From positions 18,218-82,217 of the forward strand of contig JBDTVZ010000001.1 of assembly GCA_040006935.1 (NCBI GenBank): 64,000 nucleotides of DNA, given 5' to 3'. The notes under the pieces are model-generated. The model saw only the letters and a program-made list of their open reading frames with translations. It ran no database searches and had not been told where the DNA came from. Each line of letters starts with the position of its first letter. The first letter of the stretch is position 1. Below, in pieces: positions 31,501 to 40,208 of the stretch. This DNA comes from Candidatus Dojkabacteria bacterium. GTDB taxonomy: Bacteria > Patescibacteriota > Dojkabacteria > J137. Made by a program: the position numbers and the translations under genes.

Positions 31501-33941
31501 CTCAAATCCTTGAAACAATAATAGGCTTTAAGATCGAAGGTTTAGATCTAGCTAAGAACTTTGTTGTATTTGGAATGATAATAAACTTTGCAAATAACTT
31601 ACGCGAATTAAAGAACAAAAGGTCTAAAGACTCTCAAGAAGAAATAAATATTGCTATAACTGAACTGCAGAATAAAATAAATAGAATTAAATCTGGCGAA
31701 TTAACAGAAGAAGAAATGCAATTTGAAATGTCTAATGAAAATGTATTGAAGATTTTAATGCACATGACCTCCGGAACTTTACCCAAAGAATATCTAGTAT
31801 TTACAATATTGATGTTGATTACTTCTGGTGTTGAAATTGCTGGAGTTAGAAACGTTTTAAAACTTGATCAAATTATAAAAAACCAAAGAGGAGATGATAT
31901 TGGAGTTCCGTATTTAAAGTATAGAGAGGAAATACTTGAAGTAAAAGCCACAGGAAATGTGATGGCACTACAAGAAGTTATTATAAAAAACGTAAGCATG
32001 TTAATCAACTACATGAGAAATTTTCATAATTACGAGGATTACTCCGAAGATTTTTTAGTAATGTGTAAATTATTGAACCTTAAAGAAGGTGAGTTCTCTA
32101 CCAACTGTTTTGGTATAGGGCTAATTTATCAAGCCATACTTGACTTAATGATTGGTGATATTTGTGAGATTAATTATGCAACTCTCCATCACGAATTAGG
32201 TAATGATATTGAAGACTGGTTTAAAAATCTGGGTGAAATAGTTATGGCGGGTCATGCTGTATTCATTATTAAACTTCCACTTATAGATGGAGAGGAAAAT
32301 AAATATATCATTGGAGATCCACTAAGTGTGATTAACAGCTTAGCTCAAAAAAATAAAAGAAAACCTTTAGACAAACATCATAATTGCATGGTTGTAAAGG
32401 AGTCCGAACTTATGCTAGACAATGAGATTAATTCTGTTCTTGAAAATACAAAATTCGTTACTATAGATCCTAATAAAAAAATCCGAATAGTTCAGAAAGA
32501 TAATAAAGAAATACAAATGAAGATAGATCCTAATGATGTTTATCAAGTATATAAAGACAGGAATTCTATTTTAACCTATGCAATGATTAGTTCCTTCAGA
32601 GATTTAAATGGCTACTTAACAACCATAGCGCCAGATGAAGGTGAAGTATTAATGGATATGATTACAGATTCAAAATATAAAGGAGATAGAAACAAAGCAT
32701 TTGAGAAGTATATGCTTTTATATAATAGATATTCAGGATTTGAATATAGATCTACAAACTCTAATCAAGTAATAGCATCGAATATAATATTATTAAATTT
32801 TGCTCTTGAAAATGATTATTATATTGAAGCTTTGTTCCTGGCCAATGTAAATAAAATAAAATTAGCCAAACTATATCCAGACAAAGACGACTACGATGAA
32901 TCTTTAATTTTCGATACGCAAAAAGCATTTATACTTACAAAAATAGCCAATCTCGATGAGACAGAAATCCTAAAATTAATTGAAGATAAAAAATATCTTT
33001 TAAGAAAAGAAGATATTACACTTATCTGGGAAAATGTCTCCTTTATAAATTTAACATTGCGTTTATTTAATGAAACAAAAGAGGATCAAAAAAGAACTCT
33101 AAAATTACTATCTTCTGAGTCACTTTACTATTTGATTTTTGATCCACTAAGATACAATAATATCCAGGAAATGAAAGACTTATGTAAAGAGATATTAAAA
33201 GTTGCTTTGGAAAATGATTATTTACCATATTCAGCTTATATTATAGAAAAACTAGTTAAGTTAAGTCCCGAAGACGAAACTCTGAAATTAGTAGAAGATA
33301 AGATTATAAAATTCATTGCTAAAACCGATAACTATATAATACTTACACAACTAAATCCACATTTAATTTTCTCAAAATTTATAGACAAAATTCATAAAGT
33401 TTTAGAAGTTAGTTTTGAGATACCAACTATCCAATCAATTTTAAACATATTGAATGGAGTGAAGGATGATAAAGTTATTGATGATCAATACGAAAGTCTT
33501 CACAAAGTATTAAGTAGTAATCACACTGCACTTGATAGAGCTGCTTATCGACATAAAGTTGAAGAAGAAAAAAGAATAGTTGCAGCTGTAGAGGCAAACA
33601 CTCATAGAATTGAGGAGATAAATAATCAAGTAAAAACTGAAGTGAGGTCAGGAGGGCAATCCTACCAATCCCTGCATCAAGAAGAAAAACCCCTTGAACT
33701 TGGAGACAACTATATAAAAATAACTGAAGAGGCTGTTTTCGGATCGATTGATCTACTCGTGAGTAAATATGGTGAACTCTCAGGAGACATAATGGCTCTA
33801 TTTCTTCGAGGAGCTGATGAAACAGTAATTCGTCTAGCAGAGAATAATTTGAGGAAGAAAGGAATATTACTTCCATCACCCGAAAATGCAGCTAAAAGGT
33901 TACAAGGACAAAATCTCCCATTGTTACAATCGAATTCTTAA
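28506..33941 (+). CDS. giant protein (1811 aa), no hydrophobic segments recognised
   Basis: Uninterrupted 5.4 kb ORF; its stop overlaps the stop of the convergent VirB4-like gene by 4 nt. Confidence 0.8.
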   Translation: MQYDEIKQTQNNNLTEIQRERELKAAQLRAQNASTILNKKINRSSFSNSAKEVKPFDYLERLECSMTLDRVDSERNGTNINTQIINCDYSTEIDSKGREIIKMTVPHRLDFLALNLNPGSVFIFDRSNYRLLSIEQKDQQKVVNSVEVWPHVEILSIDKILFTFSDLLNKEKIVAFESLENNVMRLKKGPFDGFPNKIYFQKYNLENPIFIEDYDEIKKAYHAPGQGSFIDVDYNMAIKAFNQASNILETEDRTADFQYPEVLRLFSKLKIAFAKDLIPNENPHDTVFELRLRNELNIDGVHIYAGAVMKIDVNDPEFFTIKYPPQNGVQIEFIEINGTKLYAPGEILCRNTSEDLQITSINGGQLENMGSERVIKIIKANNGFIGLVANDEVIKFTKDHKVLTLLSNVDPSVQILISDIMKNRYFLHDIYSDNYLEGAIELVSNHTGSLATIIFEDEQPGNIIIPNYPNIHPSLHGLAIGQFDRLILDKKGEFAIFGVATERYDMHFRGVWYERIERIFINFRTGEVRFRCDSYFEGGKRYGQTKYSENTYIIVDNLGLKQTGDGIFSEVENNVPKGDDYKDHISRTLKIKEIRIGDMRQLNEDRIDITASFDSIVLNNQENPTLHNWIYAQAPFGSIVNFNSKNSIIESIEVPYDTYIKSGGIRASLGSSFKISGIRKVLFEEDSQNFPLDVKELKGEITITLNNKIYRAKDISVNSLGLKLDKFPLITWEVIYNGATELPDELLVENNSVNIPTKNEILYLANRLTVQVNNRKPEDDFDLEQNVNSLIGLTRWLYESANKLGGPFNLAEWVTIYKPLLYYYYNDPEAVILLIMGFIPNSNGNIDPIDYMFLYATYLEIFKQRYPEVESELILLLSSLNPDLKFIYKNEIKDIISNFEILEDENKQHFLDELDSINMDTPSHIPVPVSHSQVEGFKADQFSIEKGFLKFNEEPKAIDLLQRIGNLRELSTSSELDKQIEIIKENGSRIDMNVVGQISQILETIIGFKIEGLDLAKNFVVFGMIINFANNLRELKNKRSKDSQEEINIAITELQNKINRIKSGELTEEEMQFEMSNENVLKILMHMTSGTLPKEYLVFTILMLITSGVEIAGVRNVLKLDQIIKNQRGDDIGVPYLKYREEILEVKATGNVMALQEVIIKNVSMLINYMRNFHNYEDYSEDFLVMCKLLNLKEGEFSTNCFGIGLIYQAILDLMIGDICEINYATLHHELGNDIEDWFKNLGEIVMAGHAVFIIKLPLIDGEENKYIIGDPLSVINSLAQKNKRKPLDKHHNCMVVKESELMLDNEINSVLENTKFVTIDPNKKIRIVQKDNKEIQMKIDPNDVYQVYKDRNSILTYAMISSFRDLNGYLTTIAPDEGEVLMDMITDSKYKGDRNKAFEKYMLLYNRYSGFEYRSTNSNQVIASNIILLNFALENDYYIEALFLANVNKIKLAKLYPDKDDYDESLIFDTQKAFILTKIANLDETEILKLIEDKKYLLRKEDITLIWENVSFINLTLRLFNETKEDQKRTLKLLSSESLYYLIFDPLRYNNIQEMKDLCKEILKVALENDYLPYSAYIIEKLVKLSPEDETLKLVEDKIIKFIAKTDNYIILTQLNPHLIFSKFIDKIHKVLEVSFEIPTIQSILNILNGVKDDKVIDDQYESLHKVLSSNHTALDRAAYRHKVEEEKRIVAAVEANTHRIEEINNQVKTEVRSGGQSYQSLHQEEKPLELGDNYIKITEEAVFGSIDLLVSKYGELSGDIMALFLRGADETVIRLAENNLRKKGILLPSPENAAKRLQGQNLPLLQSNS

Positions 33942-35911
33942 ACTTGCGGTGGAACAGCTGAAACTTCTGTAGTAACAGGTTGTTCAATAGGCTGTGCTTG
34001 AGGAGTTACATTATCTGTTGGTAGAACTGTTCCTGGTTGTTCTAATGGTGGAGCCGAAGAAATATCTAACTGATCTCCTTCTTCATTTTCTACTTTCTGT
34101 TGAAGTAACTCATTAGGGTTTGTAGTTATCAAATTATGCTCATTTTGACTTGCAACAATTTGTATAGCAACATGATTAGCCCCAGCAAAAAATAATCCTT
34201 GTCCAATTCCTGCAGACATTAAAAAAGACTTTTCACCATCTGTAAGATAGAATACTTTCTTTAATTTATCTATCGCAGCTGGTGCTTGCTTCAATAATAT
34301 CTGCATGGATGAGTTATTAATTATTGCTTTACCATAATCTGAAGCTAAGAAGTCATCAACATCTTGTGTAATAGTTGTTAGACCTAATGCATATTTTCTA
34401 GCTCTCTTAGCAATTGAGTATACAAACTTGGCAGCATCTTCGTATTGCATCATAATCCAAGCTTCATCAATTATTAATAATCTTTTCCTCTTATCTCTTT
34501 TAATCTTGGTCCAAATGTAATCAAGCATTACATACATGGCCATTGGTCTTAAATCATCAGCTAAATCACGAATTGAAAATACTGTAAATGTATTGTGAAT
34601 GTTAACCGTGGATTTCCTATCAAACACACCAGATGCGGAACCTTTTAAATATTTTTCTAATCTACGAGCCATTGAATGGGATTCATCTTCCGACATTGCA
34701 TTTAAAATCTTATACAAATCTTCTAACAAAGGAGCTTCGTTTGAATGTGTTGATGGATCGGGTGTGATACCTTTTTCTTTGTACGTTAATATTAAAGCTC
34801 TATCTAAAATTGCTGCTTCCTCTGCAGTTACTGTTCCACCCAACATCATTCTAATTAATCCAGAGAGAGTTAAAATTTTAAATCGGAGTTCATCTTCATC
34901 AGCGTTAAATATCCCAGATAATTCAAAGGGATTCAATTTCTGAGCACCGTCTTGCGAGAATGATATATATTCTCCACCAACTGCATCACATAATCTATCA
35001 AATTCTTTTTCTGGGTCTATAATAATAATGTCAATTCCAAGCATTAAGGACCTCACAGCTTCCAATTTAACTGCATAGGATTTACCAGCTCCGGATGTAG
35101 CCAAAACGACTGAGTTAGCATTAGGAAGTGAAAATCTATCGAAAATAACTAAAGAATTATTATGAAGATTAACCCCATATAAAACTCCTTTATCCATTGT
35201 TAACTCACTACTGACGAATGGGAAAGTTGTAGCAATGGCAGTAGTATCCAAGTTTCTGGTCATATTTATTTTATCAAGACCATATGGAATTGTGCTTTGG
35301 AAACATTCTTCTTGTTGAAGTGTAGCAACTTTAATAATAATTCCAATCGTTGCCATTGTGCTCTCCAGATTCTTTGAAATTTTATCTAACTCTTCCATAG
35401 TATCTGCATGCAATGTTACGTACAAGGCATATTGGAAGAATTTTTCGTTCCCAGCGGCAAGCTGTTCTTGCAAAGTTAATGCATCTTTAAGTTGTACTGC
35501 AACAATAGGATCTCCTTGTCTACCTGCTTCAATTTCAATATTTATTGTTGCCTGAAACTCTGCAATTTTTCTTTTTAAGATTTTTAATATTTCACCAGTT
35601 TCAAAAGGATAATAATAAGTGCTGATGTCTACGGGATATTCAAAGTTAATTAATGGTTCTAACCAACTAGGAGAAACAACACTAGGAAAGCCGATAGCAA
35701 AATATGATCTAAAATACTTATTCCCTATTATTAAATTACTGAAGTTAACCTCAATGGCACTTGGTGCAATAATGTCTTTAACATCAATTAATCCTTGAGC
35801 AAATTTCTGAATAGATTGGTTCTCTCGAGCCAAAGCAGCAGCTTCTTGAGGGTTTATAGGTTTTGTACCTTTTTTAGGTTTTGCGTCTGGTATTAATCCG
35901 AATAAAGCCAT
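33938..35911 (-). CDS. VirB4/TrbE/CagE-like type IV secretion ATPase (C-terminal 657 aa)
   Basis: Walker A LATSGAGKSYAV, Walker B LLIIDEAW; the overall VirB4-family arrangement; a C-terminal ~60 aa Pro/Gln-rich tail. Confidence 0.85.
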   Translation of the reverse strand: MALFGLIPDAKPKKGTKPINPQEAAALARENQSIQKFAQGLIDVKDIIAPSAIEVNFSNLIIGNKYFRSYFAIGFPSVVSPSWLEPLINFEYPVDISTYYYPFETGEILKILKRKIAEFQATINIEIEAGRQGDPIVAVQLKDALTLQEQLAAGNEKFFQYALYVTLHADTMEELDKISKNLESTMATIGIIIKVATLQQEECFQSTIPYGLDKINMTRNLDTTAIATTFPFVSSELTMDKGVLYGVNLHNNSLVIFDRFSLPNANSVVLATSGAGKSYAVKLEAVRSLMLGIDIIIIDPEKEFDRLCDAVGGEYISFSQDGAQKLNPFELSGIFNADEDELRFKILTLSGLIRMMLGGTVTAEEAAILDRALILTYKEKGITPDPSTHSNEAPLLEDLYKILNAMSEDESHSMARRLEKYLKGSASGVFDRKSTVNIHNTFTVFSIRDLADDLRPMAMYVMLDYIWTKIKRDKRKRLLIIDEAWIMMQYEDAAKFVYSIAKRARKYALGLTTITQDVDDFLASDYGKAIINNSSMQILLKQAPAAIDKLKKVFYLTDGEKSFLMSAGIGQGLFFAGANHVAIQIVASQNEHNLITTNPNELLQQKVENEEGDQLDISSAPPLEQPGTVLPTDNVTPQAQPIEQPVTTEVSAVPPQV

Positions 35912-35926
35912 ATTTTTAATTCTTAA

Positions 35927-36622
35927 TTAGCTGGATCTAACAATTCCAGTAGAAACATCAGAATCTCTAAGATTAAGTATCTCAAGACCCAATTTATCTG
36001 GTTCGTACACAGAGTAATATAGTTTTATTAATTCATCATTTGTTAATTGTTTTGCTGCTACACCCATATTCTGATATTGTTTAATTATCGAATCCCTTTT
36101 TGGATATAACTCCTCTTTAGCCTTTTCTACAATTCTTGTTACATGGGCAATTCTTTCAGGTGTTCCAAAAGTTTCTTTAAACCAGTTATTTTTTATAACA
36201 GGTAAATTTAAACTTGGAATCACAGTATAAAATCTTTTATCTAGAATCTGAGTTGTTTGTGTTAGGTTATTTATGAAGTCCTGGTACAAAGAAACCTGTT
36301 CTGTTACAGCAGTCGAAGTAATTTTCGATTTATAACTTTCTAGAAGTTTTAAATAATTTGCAATGTCAGTTCTTTGAGTTTTAATTACAATTTGTACTGG
36401 GAAATTTGTAGCATTTAAAAATGCAGCAAAAGATCCGATTTTAGCATCTTGTTCCGGTCCATCAAGTAAATCAAAATTAAGCGAAGTAGTTTCTATCACA
36501 ATAGACACTTTTCCACTTTTCAGTACAACCATATCATCTTTAATATCTGCGATATCTAAATGCTCCTGCGTGCTAATTCTTTTTGGATCGAAAATACCCA
36601 TAATACAATTAAAAGTTCTCAA
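35927..36622 (-). CDS. VirB4-like N-terminal domain encoded as a separate 231-aa ORF
   Basis: MVVLKSGKVSIVIETTSLNFDLLDGPEQDA resembles the N-terminal region of Gram-positive VirB4 homologs (TcpF/PrgJ type); it is in the same frame as the downstream ATPase ORF and separated from it only by TAA plus 5 codons. Confidence 0.6.
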   Translation of the reverse strand: MRTFNCIMGIFDPKRISTQEHLDIADIKDDMVVLKSGKVSIVIETTSLNFDLLDGPEQDAKIGSFAAFLNATNFPVQIVIKTQRTDIANYLKLLESYKSKITSTAVTEQVSLYQDFINNLTQTTQILDKRFYTVIPSLNLPVIKNNWFKETFGTPERIAHVTRIVEKAKEELYPKRDSIIKQYQNMGVAAKQLTNDELIKLYYSVYEPDKLGLEILNLRDSDVSTGIVRSS

Positions 36623-36834
36623 TTAAAAATTAAAAGATTTCTCCTTCAACTATAACAGTATATAGTAAATAGCTGAAAGGATACAATAGGAAATTATTAA
36701 GGACCTATAGCATTAGTCAATAGAAGTTAATCAAAGAATCTAAAAATTTGGGACTGGTTATTTGCCATTGGTTATTATAAGGGTATAATCCTTTAAGCAT
36801 ACCTGATGGCGCAGGTTATTTTTTTAATTTTTAA

Positions 36835-37383
36835 TTGAAATGTATGCCTTCTCCAGAAGAATCAGAAAAATTATTATTAGAATATATACAAAATGAGTCA
36901 TTGTTGAATCATTGCAGAATGGTTGCGAAAGCAATGGGAGCTTATGCAAAATCTTTAAATCTTTCCGAAAATGAAGTAGAGGAATGGTACACAGCAGGAT
37001 TATTACACGACTTAGATTGGGAAAAATTTCCTGATGAACACCCGAATAAGGCTGTAAACGAAATACTTCCAGCAAAAGGTTATCCTGAGAATGTAATTCT
37101 TGCTGTTAAAGCACACGGACCTCAAAGAACTGGTAAATATCCAGAAACTAAAATCGAAAAATACTTATTTGCATGCGATGAACTATCTGGATTTCTAAAT
37201 GCATCGTCCTTAATGAGGCCTACAAAATTCGAAGGTATGGAAGTTAAATCGGTAAAGAAAAAATTAAAAGATAAGCATTTTGCAGCTAATGTAAGCAGAG
37301 AGGATATAGAAGAAGGAGCAAGATTAATTGAGAGACCAATTGAGGAGCATATTCAGTTTTTGATAAATGTGTTTAATAATTAA
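36835..37383 (+). CDS. HD-domain phosphohydrolase
   Basis: 182 aa; YTAGLLHDLDWEKFPDEHP (an H...HD motif) and a further His. Confidence 0.8.
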   Translation: MKCMPSPEESEKLLLEYIQNESLLNHCRMVAKAMGAYAKSLNLSENEVEEWYTAGLLHDLDWEKFPDEHPNKAVNEILPAKGYPENVILAVKAHGPQRTGKYPETKIEKYLFACDELSGFLNASSLMRPTKFEGMEVKSVKKKLKDKHFAANVSREDIEEGARLIERPIEEHIQFLINVFNN

Positions 37384-37392
37384 AACTATTAT

Positions 37393-37462
37393 GGACCGCC
37401 GAACTATTGCGCGAGAATTGGCGGTATGACCTCACCCTAACCCTCTCCTTGAAAGGAGAGGG
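37393..37462 (-). repeat. GC-rich two-hairpin intergenic repeat, copy A (reverse orientation)
   Basis: GGACCGCC-loop-GGCGGTATGACCTCACCC-TAA-CCCTCTCC-TTGAAA-GGAGAGGG; the same stems recur at 46885-46956 and 62216-62288. Confidence 0.8.
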
Positions 37463-37743
37463 AATTGGTCCCTCTTGTAATGACAAGTGCACCTGAGATT
37501 CATAAGGTACACAGATTTACCCTGTCGAAGGCATGGTCTGCGCCCCTGTTATTCGTATGGGGTCCAGCCACCTGCCTGACTGCGCACACAGGCACGGTGA
37601 CTGGACCTTCATTAAGTGCCAAGTTAAAGAGTGTTGTAACATCATGCAGTAATAAACTGCCACGATCAAAAGATGAGGTGGTAAGGTCAACATAAAACTA
37701 AAGCTAATAAATTCGCTAAGATTTATAGCAGTATAGCAATAAC

Positions 37744-37773
37744 AAAAAAAACTGGATTTTACTCCAGTCTTTT
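37744..37773 (-). terminator. bidirectional intrinsic terminator
   Basis: A7-ACTGGA-ttttac-TCCAGT-cTTTT; on the minus strand the hairpin is followed by a U8 run, downstream of the 37791-38156 gene. Confidence 0.65.
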
Positions 37774-37790
37774 AAACTTCTAAAAAGAAA

Positions 37791-38156
37791 TTATGCAGTC
37801 ACAGGTGTTTTTCCTTTGGTAGCTTCTGCTCTTGGAACTAGGAAGTAAATCAAGATTCCAATAATATTAAAGAAGAAACATAATACTGCCCATAATCCAG
37901 CGTTTTCAATTTTATGCTTAGTAGCATCTTTGTAAACCAAATAAGCTATTACAGAATCGATTAGTAATGGAACACAACAAACGCAAAGTAACCAAACAAA
38001 GCTAAACCCTAAACCTGCTGCACTTGCTGCTGCTGCATCTGCTGCTGTAGTCGTAGTGTATGGATAGTATGTTTGTGCAAATGCTGGTGTTGCAAGAAGT
38101 GTGAATCCAACAACTGCTGTTATCGCTGCAAGCGCTCTTGAGAAAATTTTTCTCAT
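37791..38156 (-). CDS. small membrane protein
   Basis: 121 aa; signal or TM at the N-terminus, Ala-rich region, two C-terminal TM helices. Confidence 0.6.
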   Translation of the reverse strand: MRKIFSRALAAITAVVGFTLLATPAFAQTYYPYTTTTAADAAAASAAGLGFSFVWLLCVCCVPLLIDSVIAYLVYKDATKHKIENAGLWAVLCFFFNIIGILIYFLVPRAEATKGKTPVTA

Positions 38157-38234
38157 ATTGAATAAAAATAAAAAATAATAGATATACCGAAATAAGGTTT
38201 ACTTATAATATAACCATATAAGTAATTCCATGTC

Positions 38235-38265
38235 AAAAAAAACTGCACCCATAAATGAGTGCAGT
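38235..38265 (-). terminator. intrinsic terminator downstream of hpf
   Basis: On the minus strand ACTGCAC-tcatttatgg-GTGCAGT is followed by T8. Confidence 0.65.
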
Positions 38266-38287
38266 ATAATATCATATTCAATTGTAC

Positions 38288-38599
38288 TTAGCCTATCATT
38301 TTCTTTCTTTTAGAAATGATTTGCGATTTAAGCTTATGGGCAGCTGTTCCTATAGCTTTTCTCAAATCATGATCCTTAATGATAACAACAGGATTCTCTC
38401 TTTTAAAGTCTAGTACTTCTACATTTATTCTAAATATATTCCCGTGACCTTCTTTGGAGACTGAGATCTTAATTGTGCATTCAGTTTCATTAATTTTTTT
38501 TAGAATTTCTTCAACTTTCTTGAACATCCTAAAGCTAACTTCTTGAAGTGTTTCGAATGTAGGCTGTGTTAAATTTGGTGCGACAAATAAATATCTCAT
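38288..38599 (-). CDS. hpf: ribosome hibernation promoting factor / RaiA family
   Basis: 103 aa; beta-alpha-beta-beta-beta-alpha pattern with KISVSKEGHGNIFRINVEV...AIGTAAHKLKSQIISKRKK. Confidence 0.8.
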   Translation of the reverse strand: MRYLFVAPNLTQPTFETLQEVSFRMFKKVEEILKKINETECTIKISVSKEGHGNIFRINVEVLDFKRENPVVIIKDHDLRKAIGTAAHKLKSQIISKRKKMIG

Positions 38600-38908
38600 G
38601 GTATCGTCATTAAAAATTAAAATACCGTTTGAGAAGCTCCTCTAAATTAAGTATACTACCGAGTACTATATCGGGCAAATATAATCTCTATCATCAGTGT
38701 AGTATTAAGGATAGAAAAAATAGAGAGTTCGTGAAATCTGATCGTGAAAACATAGAGCCAGTAATCTTTAGTTGATTTAGCTAACATTCATCGGAAATTC
38801 ACAAATGCTAAAAAACTATAATGTTTAAAGTTACAAAGTTTGAATAACCTTTTAACATTTTAACTTTTGAGCATTGCAACATATTTCTTAATTTTTAATT
38901 AATTTATA

Positions 38909-39295
38909 ATGAGTAACACAAAAAACGATGACTTATTAACAAATGAGAATCTGGATAAAGTAGAGGAATACTTTAAACTTAAAGGAGTTATTAAGACTTT
39001 GAGAAACGACTTAAAAGATATTAAAGACTCTTTAGAAGCTCAAATAGAATTAGAAAAGATAAATAAGAAAGTAAAAGAACTTAGAGATAAAGTAAAAGGA
39101 GACGAGACTGTTTTTGAACTATCCGAAAAGCTTTCCACTACAAGAGAAAGATTAGATTTAATTAAAGAATTAATCAGAATTGATTTAATTGAAACTGCTC
39201 AAGAAGAAGTAAAACGAGATGGGAAAAAATTAAAGTTAGTACATGTTTTAAAAGAAGTCAAAGACGATGGGAAAGATGAGAAAAAGAAATCCTAA
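38909..39295 (+). CDS. K/E-rich coiled-coil protein
   Basis: 128-aa charged ORF. Confidence 0.5.
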   Translation: MSNTKNDDLLTNENLDKVEEYFKLKGVIKTLRNDLKDIKDSLEAQIELEKINKKVKELRDKVKGDETVFELSEKLSTTRERLDLIKELIRIDLIETAQEEVKRDGKKLKLVHVLKEVKDDGKDEKKKS

Positions 39296-39409
39296 GCACT
39301 AAACTCTAAATCCTAAACAAATTATAATAACCAAATGTTTTAAATTTAAAATATTTGAATTTTGGAAATTGTTTAGTATTTAGTAATTAGATTTTATAGC
39401 TTAATTAAT

Positions 39410-40207
39410 ATGCGTAAATTCACTCCTTACGAAATTAATCAATTAATAAAATTTGGATTTGATCCATTTGAACTAGCTTCCGAAGTAGATGCAAATATTC
39501 CTGTAGAATACATAACTGGTAAAGCAGAATTTCGAGGGGAAATCTATGAAGTATCAAAAGATGTATTAATTCCAAGAGTAGAGACAGAAGGAATTATTAA
39601 TATTGCATTAAATAAAATTGAAGATCGAAGTCGTAAATACGAAAAAATTACTTTTGCTGATGTAGGAACTGGTTCTGGTGCAATAGGAATTAGTTTTGCA
39701 CTTGAGTTAGAAAAATTAATTATTCCATACAATTGCTACTTATCAGATAAATCACAAAAAGCACTTGATGTTGCGAGAAAGAATGTTGAAGAAATGCTGG
39801 TTAAAAGAAAAGTAAATTGTTTTACATATCAAAAAGAAGAAAGTTCTGTAAAGATTGTAGAGTCAGATTTGTTAAGTAATTACCCAAAGAAAATCCAGTT
39901 TGATGTTATCTTTGCTAATCTTCCGTATATTCCTTCTTCACGAATAGATACGTTAGATTCCAGTGTAAAAGATTATGAACCTATGATTGCTCTTGATGGC
40001 GGAACAGATGGTTTAAAGTTTATAAGAGAACTATTACAACAGGCAGAGTTAAAATTAGCCAATCACGGAATCATACTTCTTGAAGTTGATGATAATCATG
40101 ATGAAGAATTTTTAAAGTCTCAAGAATCTATTCTTCATAAATTTAATACCGAACTAAAGAAAGATCAATTCGGAAGAACTAGATTCTGGATCTGTACTCT
40201 AAAATAA
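39410..40207 (+). CDS. prmC: release factor glutamine N5-methyltransferase (HemK)
   Basis: 265 aa; SAM motif DVGTGSGAIG and the catalytic NLPYIP (NPPY-type) motif. Confidence 0.85.
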   Translation: MRKFTPYEINQLIKFGFDPFELASEVDANIPVEYITGKAEFRGEIYEVSKDVLIPRVETEGIINIALNKIEDRSRKYEKITFADVGTGSGAIGISFALELEKLIIPYNCYLSDKSQKALDVARKNVEEMLVKRKVNCFTYQKEESSVKIVESDLLSNYPKKIQFDVIFANLPYIPSSRIDTLDSSVKDYEPMIALDGGTDGLKFIRELLQQAELKLANHGIILLEVDDNHDEEFLKSQESILHKFNTELKKDQFGRTRFWICTLK

Positions 40208-40208
40208 C

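Noticed and set aside
21151-33879. Multiple short minus-strand ORFs inside the giant genes (e.g. 21151-21378, 21517-21906, 25258-25602, 26665-27003, 33475-33879)
   Set aside because: All are antisense to long uninterrupted + strand ORFs. They are typical shadow ORFs in AT-rich coding DNA.
37465-37695. 76-aa + strand ORF
   Set aside because: It lies inside the GC-rich non-coding segment, has atypical amino-acid composition, no ribosome-binding context and sits between convergent genes. I treat it as a candidate ncRNA region instead.
37463-37700. Possible RNase P RNA, tmRNA or SRP RNA
   Set aside because: I searched by eye for the RNase P P4 / CR-I / CR-V motifs, the tmRNA tRNA-like 3' end and the SRP domain IV motif and found none. 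It is left as an unclassified ncRNA candidate.
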